A stretch of 46,356 nucleotides of DNA, taken from the NCBI GenBank assembly GCA_040143965.1, contig JASJQH010006899.1:1-46356 (forward strand), read 5' to 3'. The DNA comes from Basidiobolus ranarum. Lineage: Eukaryota. A model generated the notes under the pieces. That model worked only from the letters and a program-made list of their open reading frames with translations. It was not told where the DNA came from and searched no databases. Below, in pieces: positions 1 through 10,747 of the stretch; within the stretch, counting starts at the first letter, position 1; each line of letters opens with the position of its first letter. The translations under genes were made by a program, and so were the position numbers.

Positions 1-642
1 ACCTTTATAGGAAGGTTTCCCATAGCCTATTAAAGTATTTTCTTCATTCTTTTGGTTGGATCTTGATTTGCATAAATCTTCATCCAGAGGTCTGCCAAAT
101 ACATAATTTAAGGCCAAATTTTCAGTTCTTGATTTTGGAGCCATTACTAAGCTCTGAAACTTGTGTGGCAGGCTATCCAGGACTGTAACTATGATATCTT
201 GATCAGAAGTAGGTACTCCAATGCATTCCATTTCATCCACTATAATAGTGACTCTATTAATTAGTGATTTAATGTCTTCTCCTGGCTTCATCTTTGAGTT
301 AAAGAATTGTCTTCTTAGAAACATCTTGTTGGCAGTGGAACTTGTTTGGTAGATGTCTTCCAAGGCTTTCCATACCTTCTTAGCAGTTTTAGCTCTTGAA
401 CATTGAATTAGCAATTTGTCTTTAACATTAAGGCAAATTGTGTTAAAGGCACTTTGTTCTTTTTTAATTTGGAATGAAATTTTGGTTTCAGATAGTTTTG
501 CATTGTTTTCTTCTCCTACAACAGTGTCCCAAAGTCCTTTTTCTTGCAGCAACATTTTCATTTTAATTTTCCAAACCTGATAATTGGTTCTATCCAATTT
601 TTCAAAAGAGGGAAAAGTTCCATAGATCTGAGAAGTAGACAT
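1..642 (-). mobile_element. Ty1/copia LTR retrotransposon gag ORF (5' part, runs off the window edge)
   Basis: Manual translation from ATG 642 is open for 214 codons to base 1: MSTSQIYGTFPSFEKLDRTNYQVWKIKMKMLLQEKGLWDTVVGEE...AKTAKKVWKALEDIYQTSSTANKMFLRRQFFNSKM...DQDIIVTVLDSLP, typical copia Gag (UBN2/Retrotran_gag_2-like). Missing from the ORF track, probably because it has no stop in the window. Confidence 0.92.
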
Positions 643-660
643 TACAGAGAGTGCAAGCTT

Positions 661-673
661 GGGGCTAATAACC
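661..673 (-). promoter_or_regulatory. Copia-type primer binding site
   Basis: On the minus strand the LTR end ...TTTAACA is followed directly by GGTTATTAGCCCC, resembling the GGTTATGGGCCC PBS of copia elements (tRNA-iMet internal-fragment priming). Confidence 0.75.
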
Positions 674-1022
674 TGTTAAAGTATTTGGGAGCCTGTTGGC
701 AGTGGCTAGAAGAATTAGAGGAATTGGTGGTTTTCACTTGTTGATTTATTGAGTAGAAAGTTGATATTTATAGTTTTGTCAAGATATGGACAAGCTAACA
801 TGTAGGATGTGTTAAGGAAGATCTCAGGAACATGGGGGCAAAGTTTGGGGCTTCTAGCACATGTTTGAAAAATCTGAATATCTGAGAACTTCTAAGTTGG
901 TAAAAAACATCCCAAGTAAATTCCAATTGAGAATAATGAATAATATCTTAGTGAATTATAAGATAACTAAGTACTAAGCTATATATGACTATATAGATGT
1001 TTAGGCAATGCTAATTTCATCA
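674..1022 (-). mobile_element. 5' LTR of the copia element (LTR copy 1, 349 bp)
   Basis: Minus strand begins TGATGAAAT and ends TTTAACA next to the PBS; colinear with the other copies at 1023-1935. Confidence 0.85.
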
Positions 1023-1346
1023 GGAAGTGGTATGGAGAATTGGAGAAATTGGTTGTTTTCACTTGTTGGTATATTGAGTATTCAGTTGGCATTTATAGTT
1101 TTGTCATGATGTAAGCAAACTAACATGCAGAGTCTATTAAGGAAGGTGCCAGGAACATGTGTGCAATGTTTGGGGCTTCTAGCACAAGTTTGAAAAACCT
1201 ATATATCTGAGAACCTCTAGGTTGGTAGAAATATACCAAGTAAATTCCTATTGAGAATAACAAATAATATCTTAGTGAAATATAAGATAACTAAGTACTA
1301 AGCTATATATGACTATTCAGGTGTTTAGGCAATGCTGATTTCAACA
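1023..1346 (-). mobile_element. LTR copy 2 (lacks ~24 bp at its 3' end, interrupted by the gag-bearing element)
   Basis: Direct repeat of ~698-1022 (shared blocks GTTTTCACTTGTTG, GGGGCTTCTAGCAC, AGATAACTAAGTACTAAGCTATATATGACTAT); ends ...ATTTCAACA, i.e. TGTTGAAAT on the minus strand. Confidence 0.85.
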
Positions 1347-1935
1347 GTAAATAAAGTAACATGCTTAATGTGTTAAGGAAGGTTCCAGGAGCATGCATGC
1401 AAAGTCTGAGGACTCTAGCACATGTTCAAAAGATCTATGTATATGAGGGCTTCCATGTTTTTATCAATATTCTAGCTAAATTCTGATTGAGAATAATGGG
1501 TAATAGCATAGTGAATTATAGGATAACTAAATACTAAGCAATATGTTGAAATTGGCATTGCCTAAACACCTATATAGTCATATATAGCTTATTACTTGGT
1601 TATCTTATAATTCACTAAGATATTATCCAATATTCTTAATTGGAATTTAGTTAGAATATTGACACCAACTTGGAAGTTCTCAGATATATAGATTTTTCAA
1701 ACATGTGCTTGAAGTCCCACACCTTGCACACATGTTCCTTGGCCCTTCCTTAACTTGTTCTACATGTTAGTTTGTTTACATCTTGACAAAACTATAGATG
1801 TCAACTTTCTATTTGATAAATTAATAAGTGAAAACCACCAATTCCTCTAATTCTCCAAACCACTTCAAACAGGCTCCCAAATACTTTAACACTATATATG
1901 ACTATATAGATGCTTAGGTAATGTGAATTACAACA
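1347..1935 (-). mobile_element. LTR copy 3, truncated and split (1347-1543 plus 1892-1935) by an inverted solo LTR
   Basis: More diverged copy; ...ATACTAAGCAATA at 1543 resumes as CTATATATGACTATATAGATGCTTAGG...ATTACAACA at 1892-1935. Confidence 0.8.
1544..1891 (+). mobile_element. Complete solo LTR (copy 4, 348 bp) in inverted orientation with 5-bp TSD
   Basis: Starts TGTTGAAAT, ends TTTAACA; reverse complement of copy 1; flanked by CAATA and CTATA (5-bp target duplication with one mismatch). Confidence 0.88.
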
Positions 1936-2589
1936 GACTTCACCATGCCAGTCCACCAATAGCTTCACTTGCTTTAGTTTAGGATTATAACTAGCAAGAG
2001 GTTTTTTAAAACATACATATTCTATGTAATAGTGCTCCTAAGATTATTTCCATAGGCCAGATTATATGTGCCAAGGGAGCAAGAGTAAAGTCACTAGCCA
2101 AAATCCCCTTAGTAGGTCAAATGGAGAATCAAAAAATCTACTAGAACAAAAATGTCTGAGCAATGGCCTATTTCATACCAGCAAAAAAAGCAACAAAATA
2201 GGAAGATACACCATTTTGCAACCATTTTCCATAGAAGTTGCTAAACAACAACCATTTGTTGAAGATTTGGAGTATTGGGATTCCTTGGACAAAATTTGAA
2301 TAATAAATATCCAATAAGAGCCTAAAAATACTGAGTCAAATCAACCTATTGAAACTCTGAAGTATGAAGCAAAAAATAGAGAACTCTTAGTCCAATCAGA
2401 CTAACTATTTTGGTGAATATTTATTGAGTTTGTTTTACATTTGGTAACGAATTACGATCGGATCTGATTGAAAAATATCAATACAACAAAGTAAATAGAG
2501 CTACTTCGCGTATGGAGCCTTCTTGTCGATACTCTCTGACTGATACGTTTTGTAATCACGAAGGTATATCGCCTATTATAGTTACCAAT

Positions 2590-4777
2590 ATGACTCCGAA
2601 ATCTGCACTATCAACAACCCCTTTGAATAGAAAACGAACAGCTAGCCTAGTTAATGCTGAAGAAGCTGCCAACAATTTATCCCAAAAACTAGCCACGCGC
2701 ACAAAAACAATGCGGCCATTTATTAAACCCAAACGGTCTAAACCCTCTACACCACGAGCTGGTGATGTTACAATTACTCCTGTTCCAAAAACACCACCCT
2801 CACAAGATGTTTCTCCTCAAACACCTGATTCCACACCTATTGAGAGACCCACTAAGCTTCGCAAACTCGCAGATGAAGTCGTTGCACCTGTTTCGAAGAA
2901 TGTTGATTCAGGCACTGTAGAAGAAAGTTTGATTGCTTCTGTTCCAAAGAGAAAGCGAGCTTTTTCTAAAATTGATACTTCTAAACGTAAGTTCGTTTCT
3001 TGGCTCCAATATAAGGGAATACTAAGTACTTAAAGATATATTTCTTATTTATCGACTTCAAACGTATGTTACTAGTGAAGCATGTACTTTAGTGTAAATT
3101 TTAAATATTAATTAGCCTTCTTATTGTTGCTTCCAGTGACTCCAACACAGAGTGAGGTTCCCAATACTGAATTCACCTTCAAGGCACCAGATGATAACGA
3201 TTCCCCAATCAAAGGTAAACATAAAAGTACTTGGAGAAATATTACTTTGGACTAACTTTAAGACAGCTGATAAAGCTTCGGCGAAAACAGAAACCTCCTC
3301 AGCTACGTCGCTCCTTGCTAATATTTTTTCTCCAGCTCTCAATTTCTTGCGAAAAGTTCAAACGGGTAGAGTCGAATTTATGTATAGTTCTTTATAGTGT
3401 CAAAATTGAACTCTTTAGATGTTAAAGGAGAAACTTTGAGAAGCCTATTCCATGACGAGAAAATCCCGGAAACAAACCTGCCGCCATCCGAGTGCATGTC
3501 ATACGAGCTCAATGAAGGCATTCCAACATTTGGTAAGCTTAAAAAGAGTGTATTGTCATGCTATTTACTGGTGATAATAGTTTTGTTGTAAAGCTGACAA
3601 TCAAACTAATCTGGACGAACCCAGTCAGTACTGTCTCGATGCTCCAGTGAACATATCCACTCCTCATACTATGGATCCCATGGATGAAGAAAGCGACTTT
3701 GAAGAGGAAGAATTTAATCCGTAAATGAACTGTTCTCAAATCTATGACTTCAACCTACTTTACTAAGATTTATTGAAGTTATCAATTCATGGCAACAATC
3801 CCCCCGCCTCCCGCAGAAGCACTTCAGCGCCCGTCCATGTTACCCAGGAAGACTCGCTCCAGCCCCAAGATTACTTTAGGTATTTATGGTAGACAGATCA
3901 ATTCCCAATTGCCACTTATTAATCAAATGCTCTTGATCCCAGTGCTGGATCTGGATGAAACACTAGTCCACTGTACCGTGGCTGATATGGGTATTTAAAG
4001 TAATCAAGCATGTGAGTGCTCTATTAGCTTCTAACTATTTGAGAATTTAGAAAACCCCGACGTTCGTTTTCCGGTTCGTTTTCAGGGAATTGTACAGGAG
4101 GTATGTGCCTTTCCATTAGAATGAGAAATAAACTTTCGTTTCTGACAATATTGATTTTCTCAGGTGCACGGGCGCTTGCGTCCACACGCTCTAGAGTTTT
4201 TGGAACGGGCCTCGGAACACTTTGAGATTGCTATATTCACAGCATCTCAGAAAGCATATGCCGATCGCCTCTTGAACCTCATGGATCCCAAGCGAAGCTA
4301 TATCAAGTATAAATAAGTATTCTACATCGGTTTATCCAGTGATAGCTAACATGACTTTTAATAGGTATCGACTATTCAGAGACTCCTGTGTGTACGTCGA
4401 GGGGAACTATATCAAAGATCTGCGCGTCCTAGGACGAGATTTAGCGAAAACCATTATTGTGGATAACTCGCCGATAGGTGCGTATCATACTATTCGGTTG
4501 TTCTCGATCTTCTGGCTAATAATTGAATTATTCAGCATTTTCTTATCAAATTACTAATGGCGTTCCCATTAAGAGCTGGTATGATGATCCTGTAAGTGCT
4601 TGCCACATGCTATCACACTATACATTGAATACTAACTTAACATCGTAGGATGATACAGAGCTCTTGCAAGTCTTAGAGTTTCTCCAGACACTTGTTGATG
4701 TTGAAGATGTTCGTCCGTTGATCGACAAACAATTCCAACTGACAAAATTGGTTCAAGACTCGACACCGTTCCCATAA
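2590..4777 (+). CDS. CTDSPL2: CTD small phosphatase-like protein (NIF/FCP1 HAD family, CTDSPL2/SCP4-like), multi-exon
   Basis: Long S/T/P/K-rich N-terminus, then [11 protein letters not shown] (DxDx[T/V] motif, ~3942-3975), [51 protein letters not shown]; stop TAA 4775-4777. The start could be 2512 instead. Confidence 0.82.
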
Positions 4778-5212
4778 CCTTTGATTTACTTGTAACATCT
4801 GACACATGTCATTTATTAATACCAACAATCCTTTTTACGTCATTGAGTGGCTATTCATTCCACTCCCTCCCTCCCCCTTTACCGAGCTTCGTTTGGAAGG
4901 GGTTTCATGTTATTTTTGGTTTTTGTATTGAACTGTAAACCCTGGTCCACGTACCATTTCTTATGTACCCCCTCCGCCTAACCCTTCTCACGAGAATCTT
5001 TCACATACCCAACTGAAAGTAAATAAAGATATGAGTGTACATACATCTCTATGACAGCCCTTCTAATATGTATCTATAGTATTCGTCAAGATTCACCATA
5101 CTTGTGACGTAGATAGCACTCAAGGGTGTATTCGTTACTGTAGGAGAAACTACGATTGGAAGTAGGTGGATATAAACCGGGGTTTATACTTTATTAACAA
5201 ATGGAAGGTGGA

Positions 5213-5433
5213 TTATTCAAGTAGCTCTCGAGCGTGTTTCTCTTGTTTCTGGGTTGATAGAATGAAATGGAATGTTAGACCTTGTGAATAAACAAGCTCC
5301 ATAGAGAACTGGTACAAACCTTTAACATGTGTTGTTTATGCTCTTCCTTTTTTTCCGTCTTAGACTTGGGTCTGTGTTTGTCGAGCTTCATTTTTGGGTT
5401 CTCCTTATCCTTGTGGGAATGTTTACTAGGCAT
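5213..5433 (-). CDS. Putative 49-aa Lys/His/Glu-rich microprotein, 2 exons (5433-5320, 5248-5213)
   Basis: MPSKHSHKDKENPKMKLDKHRPKSKTEKKEEHKQHMLK|KQEKHARELLE*. 71-nt phase-0 intron GTTTGT...CTAAC...CCCAG; TATATAAA ~55 nt upstream; AATAAA just downstream of the stop. Confidence 0.7.
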
Positions 5434-5821
5434 GTTGGTATAGCGGTGTGAATGATTTGATGGTCATTAATCGAGCTATGAATGCTCTTTATATACTCTT
5501 GACTTTACAAGACTGGTTTCTAGAGTACAGTCCATTCAATCTCTGGAATTTAAGCCACAAGGACCATTGGACTGATTGGATATTTAAGCCGAAATTCGCC
5601 AACTTGGCACACTTTCACCTGATGCTGGATAAACATAGACCTACTTTCATGCGGATATTGGCTACAATAGGTATCTCGCTACAGTAATCAGTATAGACCT
5701 AGATGGATAGGATTTCGTAATCAGCACCTGATGACGAGCTAGATGAGAACCTAACAGGTGCTACCGATACATATCTTAATCAATTACTGGTGAAACTTTA
5801 GGATATTTTATTCCGGATGAT

Positions 5822-7653
5822 TTAATTTAAATCAGCCAAATACATATGATTGCTAGTTAAAATGATTAAGCTAGTTGGGCCTTTCATTTGAATTCCCACA
5901 ATATCCTCATGGCTCCCGAGATCTATGATACTTTGCTCGGAATAAATGGCACCACTTTCAGTATTTCTTCGATACAAGTAAACATTCTTTTTGGACTCAA
6001 CAATGATGGCGAAACGGCATTCAACATCAAAGTACATAAACCGTTTGTCACGTTTGGATGCTTGAACAAAACCAAATGCATCGAAAGATGCACAATGTTC
6101 AATACGAAAATCACCGCACTCACTAGGGGCCTGGAAACGGTAAACAAGACCATCCACATCGTATCGCAAACACACCGGAATCATATCATTTGGCTCTTTT
6201 TGGTATGGAAATGATGGGCATAGCCATTCATGTCCAGCAGCCACGGAAACGTGAGTTAATTTTCCGTAGATACTAATTCTGGAGAAGGTGATGGAGAGCC
6301 CTTCGTAATCGATGGCTTCCGTTTCATTACCAATGGGCTGTTGGATAGGATATTGGGATTTTTCTTGAGAAGTGTATTTCTCCAATCTCTCTTTGATTTC
6401 CGCAAATTCACTCGGATCCAAAGTTTCGGGAACACCATCATCCATCTCAAACACATGGCTCCATCTTGTCTTCTGATTCCCTTTTTGAAGATGAAGGGTT
6501 AATAGACTGTTATCTTCTATGGTCCATACGGATTCACTTGAAATAATGTGATCAAAGAAACGTGTCTCTTCGTAACAAGGAGTTGGTGAAGTAGATAATC
6601 TCAGTGAAAGATTTTCCTTCGAAATGTTACACATTATCTCCTTTTTACTGGTTGGGAGTTGGAGTTTAAAGCAAACCGTGACGTCTTCTGAGGTTTGGGT
6701 CCAAATATAGGGTGGATTATTCTCTTTGGAGCCAGGCTCACTCAACGATTCCTCGGGAACCACTTGATTCTCTCGGGTGCTTTGAGAGAAAATCAACTCG
6801 TAAGAAGAACGACTACCCAACACGTAACCAGTTCCTTTTGGCTCTATAGAACAATACAATGGATTCTCCGAGGTTTTTAGTGTATGTAAAAGCTCAACAT
6901 TCAACTGGGAATTCATAGTTGAATCACAGTGAGAAAACCGAATTTTGACAAAGTCAATAAAGTGTGCAGAACGTTGGGTTGTACTGCTTCTAGTTTCTTT
7001 TGGTTCTTGACTACTAAGAACACAATAAATATCCTCCTCGATCAATTTGGCATCAAGTAATAAACATGGCTGAAGTTTTATATTTTCAGCACTTCCTACG
7101 CTATGCGTAGCCTCACCAATCAGCTTGAGTTCTTTGGAAGCGAGATCGAAATGTACAAGATATAATACACCGGTCCCACTAGTCAATAATAGCAATTCTC
7201 TATTAAGAGTCTGGATAGAAGGTAAGTTTGTGATAGTTTCTTCAGTTTCGCTTGATAGATCGAACTGAAAACCAGTAAGTGGTACAGGTACTGACTGAGA
7301 TTCACCCTAAAAGAAAAAGGTAAATAAATCGATTTCGTATCGAAAAAAAATGAATCACCCTTTACCTGTTGAAATTCTATAAAGATTATGACTCCTTGTT
7401 CATCGATATAGAAAAGGCCCAGTTCCAAAAAGGTAAAAAGGTGGTTGAATTTTATACGAGCTTGTAATTGGGAATAAGATAGGTTTGTATTTCTAGATAC
7501 TTTGGGAGTAAATACTGGATTTGAAAGAGAGCAAGACTGTAATTTCACGTTTTCCTCAAAAACTCGTAACTTATAACCTTCAAATTGTGGATTGAGAAGA
7601 TCTCTCTGAGGAGAGAGTTCGACTGGCAACGTGACTTGTTCAGCAATAGACAT
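5822..7653 (-). CDS. NUDCD1: NudC domain-containing protein 1 (CS/p23 domain co-chaperone), one intron 7307-7365
   Basis: N-terminal LSPQRDLLNPQFEGYKL; CS domain PPYIWTQTSEDVTVCF...SVWTIEDNSLLTLHLQK...W; C-terminal CLRYDVDG and AFGFVQASKRDKRF. The intron joins the 167-aa and 457-aa ORF frames. Confidence 0.88.
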
Positions 7654-8638
7654 GGTAGTATAAAAAGATGACTGAATGAGATTCAATAATGCCTAATACC
7701 TATCTCATCATCATCACCAAATTGAAATAGAATTCTTAAAAAAAAGATTTTTAGGACGCAGTCACTTAATCAACAACCAATACGTAACGTAGTAAAAGTT
7801 CAACTGTCAAACAGAAGCTTAGCTCGGTAGCACAAAATATGTTTGTCGATGGCTATCTACTTCACTGCTATCTTTAATGGTGCTGGATAAATTACCTATA
7901 GTCTCTTTCAATTCGCCATAAGCCCCGTGGTCACTTCAAGAATCTAGCTAGTTTGGATCATTGGTGTAACTAGAGCATAGCTACAGATCAGATGATCTTG
8001 TAAGATTTCTTTTGCCTTCATTAGAAACTTCAACGACAGTTAATGACAGATAAACAGTGTGCTAATGATCGAATCTAGAATAAGGTAGAGCTGAATGGCT
8101 AGTAGAAATGGGAGCTACCTGGCAACCTTAATTAGGAGCTTTTACCCAACATCTTCAGCAGAATATTAGATTATATATTACTCAGAATAGAAATATGTAT
8201 TTCAGTTACATCTCCGTTACGATACGGCGGCTTGTTAGCAGTTTAAGCTTTGATGTATTTATAACTGTGGAGGTGTCATACATACAGCAATGTTCACACA
8301 GTCCGATAAAGCCGCAGGATAGGTTTCGTGCAGTACCAAAGGTATGGCGTGATATGGTGGTGTCAGTCCTAGATATTAGAAATCACGATAGCTCTTCACG
8401 CCGAAATACAGAAAGAGGCTGTCTTGCGAATTTTGGACCACGCTAATTGGTGAAAGTTATGGACTAATTTGGAAGGTGGAATACACTGTATAATGGATAT
8501 GCGCTCTTTTTGGGGAATTGGATTTGATTCGACATGATTTGATTAGCTACATGGAAGAAAATTCTAAGCGATATTCTATAAATTAACCTTCTCGCGAGTT
8601 CGACATTTCACACAATCCATTATTTACCACATCTTTCC

Positions 8639-10186
8639 ATGTCAGGTACAATCGTCTGCATAGCATGTCATCGTTTCCTTGTCTAACATGTCTCAATCAA
8701 AATAGATAAAGCCTCTGCAAAGCACTACTTTGACCATCAATATGGCTCTACAAAGCCTGAAGAGGTGGTAGATGTTCCATCGCACGGTGCTAGGTCAGCG
8801 TCAAGTGTCTCCGCATTCTGGCACTTACTGTGTATTTTAGCCGGCAGTGGATCAGTATCCTTTATGTGCAAACAGCAATATTGTATTCGCATTCGCATTC
8901 GTATTTTATCATCCTTAATTCCAATGTTATAGCTATCGTTGCCTTATGTACTCGGAAATGCTGGTTGGATTGGTGTTATCATTATTGCTTTATGTACCTT
9001 GTTCGCCGTTTACAACAATGTTCTCCTCGTCAGATGCCTTTATGCCATTCCGTAAGTTACATATGTTTGTCGATTCCATGCAATTTGTATACTCATTCTC
9101 TTTTCAGTGATCGTCGCTTGAATTCATATACAGAAATTGGCCAAGCTTCGTTCGGTCTTGCTGGCAAAGTTGCAGTCTGGTTCTTCCACAACTCTATTGT
9201 CATTGGTGGGCCCATTGTATATATGATTTTATCTGGTTCCAATATATACTCCCTTGTTCAGCCACTTGGTGTTACTCTCACTAAGGAGCACTGGATCATG
9301 ATCTGTACTGCTTTGGTGTATTTTCCATTTGTTACTTTCCGCAACATTAAGGAGGTTACTATTCTCTCGTTCTTTGGTGCTTTCGCTACAGTATTTGCGA
9401 TTATTGTAGTTGTCGTTGTCAGTTTCATGGATCTTAAGAATGTCGATCCTGCCACACGTAACCACACCTTTGTCAACTGGGGACAGATCCCTCTTTCTCT
9501 TGGATCCATCGGTTTCTCTTTCGGAGGTAACGTTGTCTTCCCTCATGTTGAGGCTACCATGAAAAACCCCAAGGCTTGGAACAAAGTCATGTCACTTTCG
9601 GTCTCTACAGTATCTGTACTATACCTTTTGATTGCTATTTGCGGTTACTACGTTTTCGGTGACGGTGCTAAAGCCCCTATTTTCGAAAATCTTATGCCTT
9701 ACAACGCAGCTACTATTGTTGCGGTAATTTTGATCACAATCCATGTTCTCTTGGCTGCCCCAATCTTTTTGCTCGGCTTTGTTAATGAAGTGGAGCACAA
9801 CTTCCGAATTGACCAAGAGCGCTTCTCAACCATCAACTACTATTTAATCAGAACCACCATCCGTTCTGCTACCGTCTTCTTTGTGGGATTGATTGCTGTC
9901 ATTGTTCCCTTCTTTGGCGATTTCATGTCTCTGATCGGTGCTCTTTCCGAGTGCATGACAGTATTTGTAAGTACCGCTGATTCTTGGCTGCATTTGAATG
10001 TTGTTATTAATTGATTTTGATTAGGTCTTACCTGTTGTTTGCTATGTCAAACTTTTCGGATGGAAGAGATGCAACATCCCCCAATTGGTTTGGTTTGCTC
10101 TTACTATAGCTGTTGGCCTTGTTGGGTGTATTTGGGGCTCTATTGATGCCGTTATCACCCTCAAGCATAGATTTGAGAACAAATAA
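8639..10186 (+). CDS. Amino acid transporter (AAAP/Aa_trans family, AVT1-like), multi-exon with one U12 intron
   Basis: AFWHLLCILAGSGS|LSLPYVLGNAGWIG, SYTEIGQASFG, GFSFGGNVVFPHVEATMKNPK, GYYVFGD, VPFFGDFMSLIGAL; many hydrophobic segments; TATA-like CTATAAA at ~8576. Confidence 0.9.
8855..8932 (+). other. U12-type (minor spliceosome) GT-AG intron
   Basis: 5' splice site GTATCCTTT; branch site TCCTTAAT at 8912-8919, ~13 nt from the AG; removing it gives the conserved reading AGSGS-LSLPY. Confidence 0.85.
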
Positions 10187-10747
10187 TTCTGTAGATTCCT
10201 TTTTATTTACTTGATTCTTATTTTATTTCATATACGGACATTATTACTTTTTAGTACTTTTTTTTATGGACAATCTGATTTTTACATTACCATGGACTTT
10301 CTATTACTTTTACGGACATTCATTCTTCTTTACGTTATAGTAGATGATTAATTTTTAATGGTCAACCCAAAATAGCCACTTCCACTTTCGAATAAACTAC
10401 TACTCCTTCCAAATCAAATAGTTCCACTATGATTCCACTCATTATCCATCTCCTGCAAATCTGTATTATTCTTAATTCGGATCAGGTGCTTCATTAAATT
10501 GAGCATGGCGGTATTAGGAGTTTAACCGATAACTGGCACGTGAGTGATGGAATGGTGATCACCATGATCTTTGTATGCTATTTAACTTGTGCAAATATAT
10601 AAACATGATATTTGATACAATTGATTTAATTAGTGACCATGTAATCATAAAACAGAGTTATTTTTTTTGTGATTTATTTGATTTTCTCTAGTATTTCTTT
10701 TATACAGGTTACTTCTCTGACTAATACATTATTAACTTTTCTCGAGA

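Noticed and set aside
544-744. 66-aa plus-strand ORF
   Set aside because: Antisense to gag, the PBS and the LTR; non-ATG start; spurious.
5171-5188. Palindrome TATAAACC-GG-GGTTTATA
   Set aside because: A short inverted repeat near a poly(A) signal; expected occasionally by chance, with no other support.
5723-5762. AGCACCTG...CAGGTGCT inverted repeat containing CTGATGA (hammerhead, C/D-box or SECIS-like)
   Set aside because: No stem II followed by GAAA, no D box before the closing stem, and no SECIS geometry or UGA-containing ORF nearby.
5888-6880. Antisense or alternate-frame ORFs over NUDCD1 (likewise at 9229-9816, 20972-22177, 23508-24521, 40459-40935)
   Set aside because: Shadow ORFs of well-supported genes, with no recognisable motifs or independent signals.
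8195-8446. 83-aa ORF between NUDCD1 and the transporter
   Set aside because: No recognisable motif or splice structure; probably promoter sequence.
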